Source of the DNA: Microcystis sp. BLCC-F210
GTDB lineage: Bacteria; Cyanobacteriota; Cyanobacteriia; Cyanobacteriales; Microcystaceae
Reading direction: 5' to 3'
Length of the DNA stretch: 64,000 nucleotides
NCBI RefSeq assembly: GCF_042134685.1
Contig: NZ_CP169647.1
Coordinates: 1,550,585-1,614,584 of the forward strand
The notes beneath the pieces are model-generated. The model made no database searches. It worked only from the letters and a program-made list of their open reading frames with translations, and had not been told where the DNA came from. The first letter of the stretch is position 1, and every line of letters starts with the position of its first letter. Shown in pieces: positions 39,178-47,976 of the stretch. The position numbers and the translations under genes are program-made.

Positions 39178-40095
39178 TTAAAGGTTAATCCAACTACGCA
39201 CCATTTGTCGAGGTTTTCCTGAATTTTTAAAAGCGGTTCTATTGTGGCATAAAAAGCGATTATTAACGTAAAATATATCACCTTTTTTCATTTTGAAGCG
39301 GACTGTATTTTCTGGTTCTGAAAAAAAGTTGTCGATGATGTCAAGTGTTTTTGTGATAGCTTCTGGTTGCGCTATTTCTAGTTTGGAGTAAGCAACTTCA
39401 ATCCAGTACCGCATATAACGAAAAACCAGACCCCGAGAATCTGTTGAGAATAAGGGGAAATTATTATTTTGAATAGCTTCTTGAGAATTAATCTCTCCCG
39501 GGGTAATCACATCCCGCGCCAAAGGTTCGTAGAGACAGGGAACTAGGTCTGTATGGTTTTGCCAGAAATATTGATACAAATTGGCGGCGTTTACTACCAG
39601 GGAATCTCCTCCCTCATCCGCGGCAGCAAGACAGAGTAAGCCAACAATATCAGGGAAGTAGTTTTTGTCTGTACTATCGGTATGATAGCCAGTTTCTGCA
39701 TTCGTCATCGAAACGGGTATAGCTTCTTTAGTGTAATCCATTCCTCGATCGATTACATCAAAAAAATAGCCATAGCGGTGGTTTAACAGTCCAAAAATGC
39801 AAGAAATAAAAGCATAAATTAACCGCATTTCTGTTTCTGTTAATGCTGAATCTAATCGAAAAAAAATTATTCCTGGTTCCTGGAGCAATTTCTCACGAAA
39901 CGGTAGAAACAAATCAAGATTTTTATTTACTATTTCCCGTCCTATTTCGTTGGGTTTTTCAAGCCATCTCTGATTGCTTGTTTTTAGTAAATCCAAGACT
40001 AATGATTTGGGTAAACTAAAAAATAGTTGAGAAGGATCGGGCAATTTTTTCCAAGTCAGTAATGAAATATTAGAATCGGAAATTGGTATAATCAT
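39178..40095 (-). CDS. Fe(II)/2-oxoglutarate-dependent dioxygenase, TauD/TfdA-like
   Basis: 305 aa. HxD (GYHTDSTD) and a distal His (RFLCHNRTAF) about 145 residues apart, as in TauD. Confidence 0.55.
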   Translation of the reverse strand: MIIPISDSNISLLTWKKLPDPSQLFFSLPKSLVLDLLKTSNQRWLEKPNEIGREIVNKNLDLFLPFREKLLQEPGIIFFRLDSALTETEMRLIYAFISCIFGLLNHRYGYFFDVIDRGMDYTKEAIPVSMTNAETGYHTDSTDKNYFPDIVGLLCLAAADEGGDSLVVNAANLYQYFWQNHTDLVPCLYEPLARDVITPGEINSQEAIQNNNFPLFSTDSRGLVFRYMRYWIEVAYSKLEIAQPEAITKTLDIIDNFFSEPENTVRFKMKKGDIFYVNNRFLCHNRTAFKNSGKPRQMVRSWINL

Positions 40096-40853
40096 TTTTG
40101 AATTTTGAAGGCAACGTGAAGGGGAAGGTCAATAAGCGGAGTAAAAAATTCTGGGTCTAGTTCTAAATGTTTCTGATTAATTTTTAGTTCATAAACTTCT
40201 GGCATTTTTGTGAATGTTGCTAAACGAAGAGATGTGAAGTAATCTTCCATAGTTTTATGAACACATTGCACGGCGACGGCTTTTCTATCTCTACGCCAAA
40301 TCTCACCAGGGAATAATTGATCGCGTCCAGAAAAATAGCCAGCTTCCGGTTTAAAATAAAAGGGAAACTTATCTTTTTTCAGAAAAGGTAAAGAGGGATG
40401 GGGGACAGCGAACAGGAAATACCCACCCAACTTTAAAAGTTGGTAGGCTTTCTGCATCGTGCTAATAGTTTCTGAAACATTTAAGTAGTTGAACAGGAAC
40501 ATAGCCAGAACTAAATCGTATTGTTCGGACTCAGTGACCAGAAAATCACGAATATCACCAGTTTCATAAGAAGCATTAGTAATCTGATACTCGTTTTTTT
40601 GAATTAAGGCCTGCTCGATCATTTGCGATGAAATGTCAATCCCATGAACATATTGAGCGCCTCGGTTAATTAACTCTCTTCCTACATAACCTTCCCCACA
40701 GCCTATATCTAATATATTCTTGTTGACAATCGGTTCACATAAATCAATGACAAACGGACGCGCAGAGTAATCAGAAAGCAAAATCGGTTCTACTCGTTTC
40801 CAGTCTGCTGCGCTTTCGTCGTAAAGTTTTTTGGTTTCTTGTGTTGCTTTCAT
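40092..40853 (-). CDS. Class I SAM-dependent methyltransferase
   Basis: Motif I ILDIGCGEGYVG; acidic loop HGIDIS. It overlaps the downstream gene by 4 bp (ATGA). Confidence 0.7.
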   Translation of the reverse strand: MKATQETKKLYDESAADWKRVEPILLSDYSARPFVIDLCEPIVNKNILDIGCGEGYVGRELINRGAQYVHGIDISSQMIEQALIQKNEYQITNASYETGDIRDFLVTESEQYDLVLAMFLFNYLNVSETISTMQKAYQLLKLGGYFLFAVPHPSLPFLKKDKFPFYFKPEAGYFSGRDQLFPGEIWRRDRKAVAVQCVHKTMEDYFTSLRLATFTKMPEVYELKINQKHLELDPEFFTPLIDLPLHVAFKIQK

Positions 40854-40879
40854 ACCTATCTAACGGGATAAAATTTGCA

Positions 40880-42581
40880 CTAATTTTGTTTTAGTCTAGC
40901 ACTGTGTAAGTAATTACCCATAAAACTTTTGCCAGTTAATCCGAAATCAGCTATCGCCAAGAAAATTAGCTCTTCTTCTCCTAAGTTCACACATTGATGC
41001 ACACACCAACGGGGAATAACAGCAAAAGTACCCGGTTCGACTTCGTTTTCGTATTGATCAACAATAACCTTTCCTTGACCCTGAAGAAATACAAATACGG
41101 TTTCATGTGCGTGTTTGTGCATTTCATTCGCCTTTCCTGGCTTGACTATAACTAGGCGTGCATCTAAAACTTCTAGAGCAAATGGCAGCCGAAATACGTT
41201 AAAATCAATATTAAGTTTATCAACCTTGTTGTTGTACAAAGCTTCTAAGTTGCTGGCGCTGATTGTTGAAATAAGCTCTTTACCTTCTCGGACATAAGTT
41301 AAGCTTTTTTGTTGATTAATTTTTTCGGTCAATGCTCCTAGTCGCAGCGTTTGAAAATCATGGTAAAGTTGTGATGCAAGCCTTAATATTGTTGGAGAGC
41401 ATTGGCATTCACCAGATGGATCCACAAGCCAATCTAACAAGTTTATAACTTCTTCCCTGTGCTTTTCCCTTTGCATCCCGTATAGCAAAAGTGAACTCAA
41501 TCCGGGTAGTAGTTTTTCCACTGGAACAGTAGATAAGTCTGCCGTCAATCCAATCCGCGCATCATTGATTTGATGCAATAAAAGTTCCCGTTCCTGATTA
41601 GACAGCTTTTTGCTTTTAATTATTTTAGTAAAAAGCGTAACAATCCTGAGTTGGTCTGATGATGTCAAAGATTTATCTAGTGCCAACGCACGTTCATACA
41701 TATTGTCCCAGTAAGCAGCACGTAGATTTAAGGCTTTTAACATTCCTTTCCGTAATTCCAGAACAGCCTGTTCGCTTTCACTGGCTAATTCCTTAGCAAT
41801 CTCAACTAAAGTTAAGCTGTGTTCATCCTCCACTTCTGTGTGTAAAGGAAAAAATACATATTGCTGCAAGGATAATGATGTATGGTTTTTAATCGCTTTA
41901 ATAATGTGTTTGTAGATAAATTTAACAATAGATTCAGTCCCTAAACCTATCGCTCCAATAGCTTCGAGTGAACTTCCATTCTGGAGCAGTGACAAGAATG
42001 ATTCACGCCAGATTTTTGCTTCAACACAAGGCGTTTGCGTGCTATCTACTCCCATAGCTTCTTGAAAACGCTTGAATAACTTTGGGTGAGGGATTTCCTG
42101 TACCCACTCATCCTTAATACCTAATTTACGGATTGCTTCCAGATCTTGATCGTATAGATGTCCGTTTTCTTCAGCTAAGTTCTTGAGCAGATGATTTCGA
42201 TGAGCGGGATTTTCTAGCTTTGATATTACTGCTGTTAAATAGCGGGAAAACCACTCACTATAAGCTCCGTATTGGGAGCATCTCACTTACGCGATGAGTA
42301 ATTATACTTAGCCTAAAAGCCACTCTTAATCGTGTCTTGGAACGAAATAGAGGCTTTTAAAGACCGCGTATATGGAGAATTAAAACAAGAATTACCCTCG
42401 AAAAGCCTATTTTTCTACTAAGTATTTATGCTTATTGCAAAGGTGAGATGCTCCCTCCGTATTGACTGGCAAAATCTTTCAAAACTTCATCAATATGTTG
42501 AAATTCTCCTTTTTCTAAAGCCAGTAAATACGGGTGATTAATTGCTCGATGGTTTAGTGCTTCCTTGATTAAATTTTCCAT
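40880..42581 (-). pseudogene. Heme-oxygenase-like di-iron (HDO; CADD/PqqC-like) domain fused to a C-terminal 3-His cupin; the gene is split by a MITE after codon ~42
   Basis: Joined N-terminus: MENLIKEALNHRAINHPYLLALEKGEFQHIDEVLKDFASQYG | AYSEWFSRYLTAVISKL...LLKNLAEENGH...LHTEVEDEHSL (HDO helix-bundle carboxylate/His ligands). Cupin motifs MHKHAHETVFVFLQGQG and PGTFAVIPRWCVHQCVN. The MITE lies at 42274..42455. Confidence 0.6.
42274..42455. mobile_element. MITE family G (TIR GGGAGCATCTCAC), copy inside the HDO-cupin gene
   Basis: 13-bp TIRs. 8-bp TSD TCCGTATT (42266-73 and 42456-63). About 95% identical to 11395..11566. Confidence 0.7.
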
Positions 42582-42661
42582 TTTTTCTCATTCCCCGATA
42601 GCCCCTCCTTTTTAGGTAATATCACAAAACTGGCCAATTGTCGATAGCGTTTCAGATGCGC

Positions 42662-42783
42662 CAGCAATTCTCATTTTAAGGTTTCATGACATTAAAACCC
42701 TTGCACCTAGAGGGGTTAATAATTCTTAACGAATCTCTAGATCGCTGAAACAACGCAAAATCGTTTCAAAATGAGAATTGCTG
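42662..42783 (-). mobile_element. MITE family C, copy D (inverted), ~80 bp upstream of the HDO-cupin start
   Basis: See 28975..29096. Confidence 0.7.
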
Positions 42784-42808
42784 CAGATGCGCTTACCCTC
42801 GGTTAAAT

Positions 42809-42995
42809 GGTTCTTCGGTTTGTATTATGCAATGGACGGGGGGTATAAGGGATGGATCCCTTATATAGAAAGGCATTTGGCGATTTTTGTCAATTGCTTT
42901 TGATCTAGAGCTAACTAATCATTTAAGTCTTTTGCTAGATAAGGATTTAGTCGATTTATGCCCCCCTATCGAACCATACCAAGTAACGAACAACC
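42809..42995 (-). mobile_element. MITE family W, copy C (inverted)
   Basis: 8-bp TSD GGTTAAAT (42801-08 and 42996-43003). It contains track ORF 42887..43102, which is therefore rejected. Confidence 0.6.
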
Positions 42996-43102
42996 GGTTA
43001 AATATAGCCAAGCTGACAGTTTTCCGTCAGGTTATCTTAGAAGGACTAAGGATGAACCACACAGGCACAAAGAACACAGAGAGGAAGATAGATCATTCTT
43101 GA

Positions 43103-43501
43103 TTAAGATTCTCTGAGACTTTCCCTCTCTAATTCGATTAAATTATCGATTTTCTTTAGCTTGGTATCCCCAGCAAGATAACCGATCCCGCGATGTAAAT
43201 GTAAGCGAAATTGTTGAGTTAGAGTTTCTTTATCGGTTCCTAATCCGTCTTGATGACAACGTTGTTTAAGGGCAATTAAGAAAATATCGGCCATTTCTCC
43301 CCCGAATATTTTCCAGGATAATTCTACATTGCTATCGGCAGGAATGGGAACGGGAGAGGGGAGACTCGGTTCAGCAAGGGAACGACAAAAAGCCCAACGA
43401 CAGAGAATATTCCATTGGTCAATTTTCGTGTAGCGTTTTAATTTTATGAGGCTATCTTTGGCAGTTTGAGATAGTCGAAAACGTTCGATCGGTGATTCCA
43501 T
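43103..43501 (-). CDS. DndE-like (DUF1832) small protein, orphan
   Basis: RFRLSQTAKDSLIKLKRYTKIDQWNILCRWAFCRSL ... CHQDGL ... LHLHRGIGYL resembles DndE-family proteins as I recall them. No dndBCD genes in the window. Confidence 0.4.
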   Translation of the reverse strand: MESPIERFRLSQTAKDSLIKLKRYTKIDQWNILCRWAFCRSLAEPSLPSPVPIPADSNVELSWKIFGGEMADIFLIALKQRCHQDGLGTDKETLTQQFRLHLHRGIGYLAGDTKLKKIDNLIELERESLRES

Positions 43502-43791
43502 AATCTACAATTTTACCTAGATCTGACTGATGATAAAATAGTTAGTCATTCTCAATCCTGTTTAATAAGAGAGTGGGAAGTGGAGAGCTTTTTTTTCAGT
43601 GTTCAGTAAGCAGTAATCAGTTTACTGATTACTGTAGTTTATGAACGTATTTCCGCGCTTTTATCGCTGTTTCTTATGTAGGATGATGACGTGGGGAGGG
43701 AGTGCCGGAGGTGGTAGCGGGGAGAAAAAAGCGGCCGTAATCATCATAAGCCACGACCGAGGCGCAAATACGAGATACACCCCAACAATAC

Positions 43792-44229
43792 CTAGGGATT
43801 CTCACCACCCACAGCGATGCCACTACCATAAGTCTGAGCATTTGTCAAGTTAATTCTCTCCATTGATGCACCCGTCACATCAGCATCATAGATCATGGCA
43901 CTGGTGAAATTAACGCCATTGAGATTAGCTTGATTTAAACTGGCATTAGTCAGAAAAGCTGCGGTCAAATTTGCGTCTTCTAGGTTAGCATCGGTCAAAT
44001 CTGCGCCTTCTAAGTTAGCTTCCTCTAGATTAGCTCCCTGCAAATTCGCTTTTCTCAAATCTGCACCGATTAGATGCGCCCCTCTTAAATCTGCACCCCG
44101 GAGATCACAGCCCGGACATTCCCGCGTATTCAATAATTGTTGCACTTGTCGGGGATTTTCCGCACCGACGGGGTTAATTAGCAGTAAGGAAGCTAGGGAA
44201 CCTAGGGCAATCATTAAAGTCCGTTTCAT
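43792..44229 (-). CDS. Secreted pentapeptide-repeat protein
   Basis: Signal peptide MKRTLMIALGSLASLLLINPVGA, then A(D/N)LxG pentapeptide repeats (ADLRGAHLIGADLRKANLQGANLEEANLEGADL...). Confidence 0.75.
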   Translation of the reverse strand: MKRTLMIALGSLASLLLINPVGAENPRQVQQLLNTRECPGCDLRGADLRGAHLIGADLRKANLQGANLEEANLEGADLTDANLEDANLTAAFLTNASLNQANLNGVNFTSAMIYDADVTGASMERINLTNAQTYGSGIAVGGENP

Positions 44230-44343
44230 CGTTTTAGCCTCCTCTTTCATTTTCTTCTCTACTTTTAGGATAGGAAAAAAGCTGCTAACCAACTTCCCCC
44301 GATCGGGCTAATTCTCCTTTTATCTCAATTTTTCTTGCTTTTG

Positions 44344-45816
44344 CTAGTCGATCTCTCCTTTTATTACTGTTGCGATCGCATCTCGGGCATTTTCCTTAAA
44401 TTCCTTGACATCAACGCGACTTAATAACCAAACTGCTAGGATCATTCCCAATGCTTGCACGAGAAAAACTAAGCCATAGGCTAAAACCGGACTAGAAAAG
44501 ATAACTTTACCGATATTTAAAATCGTACCCCCTAAAACCGTGGCTAATCCCCGTGCGATCGCTTGTGATAATCCCCAAGCGCCGATAAAAGTTCCCGCAG
44601 TTTCGGCAGCGGTTAAATCTAACATTAAACTGGTAGCTCCAGCGGTAATCATTCCCGAAGCTAAACCGAAAAAGAGCAAGCTTGATTTTAATAAACTTTG
44701 ACTAGCAGAAAAGCCAGCAAAAATCAACAAAATAAAACAAATTGTTGCAAAAATACAGCCATATTTAGTGGTTTTTTGTTTACCGACGCGGGGAATGAGC
44801 ATAAATCCCGTGGCAGCGATACCAAAAAGGGTTCCAGTTCCCCAAAAAGCGTTTAATTGGGTGGTTTGGGCGATACACATCCCAAAAACCTCGCCCCCAA
44901 ACGGCTCCATAATTGCATCCTGCATAAATAAACTCAAAGTCATCATCAGCAGAAAGGTAAAAAATAAACCGGTTTGCCGACTAGCGGTGAGAACCTGTAA
45001 CGCATTCTTGAAGGTAATTTGATCCTCTCTTTGCACAAGAGTGGACCGACTACTAAAACGAGAATATTTGTTTTCTACGCCAAAAGTCGCTAAAATACAG
45101 AGAAGGAAAACGATAGCGGGCATAATCGTGAACACAGGGTTAATTGTCGCCTGTAGTTGCGGAATATTGGCTATAGGGGCTGATTGAGTTGGATCATAGG
45201 TCAAAATATTTGTACCGCAGATATTGGGAGTATCCAGCAAACGAGAACTAACGATCGCCCCGACGACAATTCCCACCATTAGCATTGACCAAACTATACC
45301 AACTAATTGCGATCGATTATCTTCATCGGACACATCCACCAACAGGGCAGCAAAAGGGGTAGAACTGGCGCTTAAAGCGAGTCCGTAGAGGGCGAAAATT
45401 AAGGCTAAGAGGGCAATCCAAGCATAGGAAATGGTATTCCATCCCGAAGTTTGAATACTAAGTCCCAATTGCCAGACTACCTGCAAAGCAATAAAAGCTA
45501 AAGCGGTAAAAACTGCCGCCCCAATCCAGACATAACCGCTGCGATGATGACCAAAAATAGTTTTACCGTCGGATCTTTGTCCAAACCAGATGCGTGCTGG
45601 ACTAACAAACTGGTGCATAGCGATCGCAGCTGCGGCAAGAAAGGGTAAAACTTTTAACTCATCGATCATAATCCGATTGAGAACCCCCAAAGTCAGCAGG
45701 GACATAATACCTAGTCCCATCTGAAAGAGTCCTAAGCGAAACATGGTGAAAAGTCCCAGTTTTGGCAGAGGTTTTGGGGATGAGTGAGCAGAATTGGAGA
45801 TATCGCTAGTAGCCAT
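44344..45816 (-). CDS. BCD-family MFS protein (PucC/LhaA-like)
   Basis: FRLGLFQMGLGIMSLLTLGVLNRIMIDEL is the conserved PucC-family N-terminal motif. 12 TM helices. Confidence 0.7.
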   Translation of the reverse strand: MATSDISNSAHSSPKPLPKLGLFTMFRLGLFQMGLGIMSLLTLGVLNRIMIDELKVLPFLAAAAIAMHQFVSPARIWFGQRSDGKTIFGHHRSGYVWIGAAVFTALAFIALQVVWQLGLSIQTSGWNTISYAWIALLALIFALYGLALSASSTPFAALLVDVSDEDNRSQLVGIVWSMLMVGIVVGAIVSSRLLDTPNICGTNILTYDPTQSAPIANIPQLQATINPVFTIMPAIVFLLCILATFGVENKYSRFSSRSTLVQREDQITFKNALQVLTASRQTGLFFTFLLMMTLSLFMQDAIMEPFGGEVFGMCIAQTTQLNAFWGTGTLFGIAATGFMLIPRVGKQKTTKYGCIFATICFILLIFAGFSASQSLLKSSLLFFGLASGMITAGATSLMLDLTAAETAGTFIGAWGLSQAIARGLATVLGGTILNIGKVIFSSPVLAYGLVFLVQALGMILAVWLLSRVDVKEFKENARDAIATVIKGEID

Positions 45817-46049
45817 GGTTAAATCAATACGGGAAAAAAGCCAGTATTTAAAAATTTAACGCAGGACGAGCAGACATCTTCTGGGGATTTGAAGTTTCTA
45901 TCTCCGTTGACACTCCCCGGACACTGAGCGCGAGGAATTCTTGGTTCATCAACTTTCCTCAACCGGACAGGACGTATGCAACCAAAGCTGAAATTTCCCT
46001 ATCCCCCTGAATCCCCATTTCCCTACCTCTCCATTTTCCGAATAATCAA

Positions 46050-47882
46050 TTAGTTTTTCATAATCGCCGCGCCATTGCCAATACCAGAATAAATCAAACC
46101 CCGTTGAGCATCGAGACTAATAATCACCCCTTCGCGGATAATTTTCGTAGCATCTTTAACCCCGACAATAACAGGAATACCCAATTTTAAACCGATAGTA
46201 GCGGCGTGATTGTTCATCGCATTATCTTCGGTAATAATTCCGCCCGCTTTCCGCATCATATCCACATATTCGGCGCTGGTGGTGGGAACGACTAAAATCT
46301 CCCCACTACTAAAACTACCCACTTCCCGGGCATTATGAGCCACTCGCGCCCGGCCACTAGCCATACCCTGGCCGATACCCGTACCTTTACCCAAAAGGGA
46401 TTTTACCACTTCCACCTTAATTAAATCCGTGGAACCAGCCACCCCTTGCAGAGTTCCCGCCGTCATCACTACTAAGTCACCATCCGCGAGGAAGTTATTT
46501 TCCTGGGCAAGATTCATCGCCACTTGAAAAGTTTGGCTAGTGGAGGGTAAATCGAGCAATAACATCGGTTTTACCCCCCAAACTAGCTGTAACTGCTGTG
46601 CCACTTCCCGATGGGGGGTAACGGCTAAAATCGGGGTTTTGGGGCGAAATCGGGAGACATTACGGGCAGTAGAGCCAGTTTTTGTCAGTGTAATAATTGC
46701 CGCTGCCCCCAATTGTTCGGCAATTTGACTGACTGCCGAGGAAATAGCGTTAGGAATCGATTGTTTATTGTTAGAGCGAGCGGCACTATTGATCGGTTCC
46801 CGTTCGATCCTTTCGGCAATGCGGGCCATGGTTGCCACCGCTTCGATGGGATAATGACCCACAGCCGTTTCATTGGAAAGCATGACCGCATCAGTGCCAT
46901 CTAAAATCGCATTAGCCACGTCCGAAACCTCGGCGCGGGTGGGACGAGGATTACTGGCCATACTGTCAAGCATTTGAGTGGCGGTAATAATCGGGATGCC
47001 TAGCTGATTAGCAGTATTAATCAGGCGTTTTTGCAGGATTGGCACGTCTTCGGCTGGTAATTCTACTCCTAAATCCCCCCTAGCCACCATCACACCATCA
47101 CAGAGGGATAAAATTGCCTCCATTTCCTCGATCGCTTCGTGTTTTTCAATTTTAGCGATCACGGGGATAGATTTACCCGCACTGGCGATTAATTCTTTAA
47201 TTTCGAGGATATCTTGGGGATTACGCACAAAACTAAGGGCGATCCAATCCACATCCCACAGCAGTCCGAACATTAAATCCTTTTTGTCCTTATCGGTTAA
47301 AGCTTTCACCGACAGATAGACGTTGGGAAAATTTACCCCTTTATTACTGGATAAGACACCCCCAACCACCACGCGACAGGAAAGATCACCTTTCAAACGA
47401 TCCACTGATTCCACCCGCATTTCGACTTTACCATCATCGAGGAGAATTCTCGAACCTTCTGGGACTTCTTGGGCCAGCGAGGGATAGCTAATGGAACTGA
47501 TTTCCTGATTACATTCCACATCCCGAGAAGTAAGGATAAAGGGTTCCCCCGGTTTTAGGGTAATCGACCCACAGGCAAATTTACCTAAACGAATTTTTGG
47601 ACCCTGTAGATCCTGAAGGATGCCAATCGGTTGATTGAGTTCAAAGGCTAACTGACGGATCAGGTTAATGGTGTGACGATGGTAATCGTGATCGCCATGG
47701 GAAAAGTTTAATCTAAATGTCGTCGCCCCCGCCTTGATCATCTGACGTAATGTTTCCTTATTTTGCGAGGCTGGGCCAATCGTGGCCACAATTTTAGTGC
47801 GACGGGGGAAAGACAGAGAGTGCATAGATAAGCAACTAAATAGGCGAAGTAAATATAGCAGCGTTTGGGACGCTTCGCCCAT
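46050..47882 (-). CDS. pyk: Pyruvate kinase with C-terminal PEP-utilising (mobile) domain
   Basis: RRTKIVATIGPAS...FRLNFSHGDH and MVARGDLGVE. C-terminal ...ILVVPTTSAEYVDMMRKAGGIITE. The likely start is the internal MHSLSF. Confidence 0.9.
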   Translation of the reverse strand: MGEASQTLLYLLRLFSCLSMHSLSFPRRTKIVATIGPASQNKETLRQMIKAGATTFRLNFSHGDHDYHRHTINLIRQLAFELNQPIGILQDLQGPKIRLGKFACGSITLKPGEPFILTSRDVECNQEISSISYPSLAQEVPEGSRILLDDGKVEMRVESVDRLKGDLSCRVVVGGVLSSNKGVNFPNVYLSVKALTDKDKKDLMFGLLWDVDWIALSFVRNPQDILEIKELIASAGKSIPVIAKIEKHEAIEEMEAILSLCDGVMVARGDLGVELPAEDVPILQKRLINTANQLGIPIITATQMLDSMASNPRPTRAEVSDVANAILDGTDAVMLSNETAVGHYPIEAVATMARIAERIEREPINSAARSNNKQSIPNAISSAVSQIAEQLGAAAIITLTKTGSTARNVSRFRPKTPILAVTPHREVAQQLQLVWGVKPMLLLDLPSTSQTFQVAMNLAQENNFLADGDLVVMTAGTLQGVAGSTDLIKVEVVKSLLGKGTGIGQGMASGRARVAHNAREVGSFSSGEILVVPTTSAEYVDMMRKAGGIITEDNAMNNHAATIGLKLGIPVIVGVKDATKIIREGVIISLDAQRGLIYSGIGNGAAIMKN

Positions 47883-47976
47883 CTTCTCATAAATGGTTAT
47901 ATCCAGTGAAAAGTTAAAAGCAAAAAAACGGTGAGATCTACAAATCCCACCGTTTTTTCAAGTCCGTCAACTTAGC

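Noticed and set aside
42887-43102. ORF 42887..43102 (+)
   Set aside because: It lies entirely inside family-W MITE copy C (42809..42995) plus the flank.
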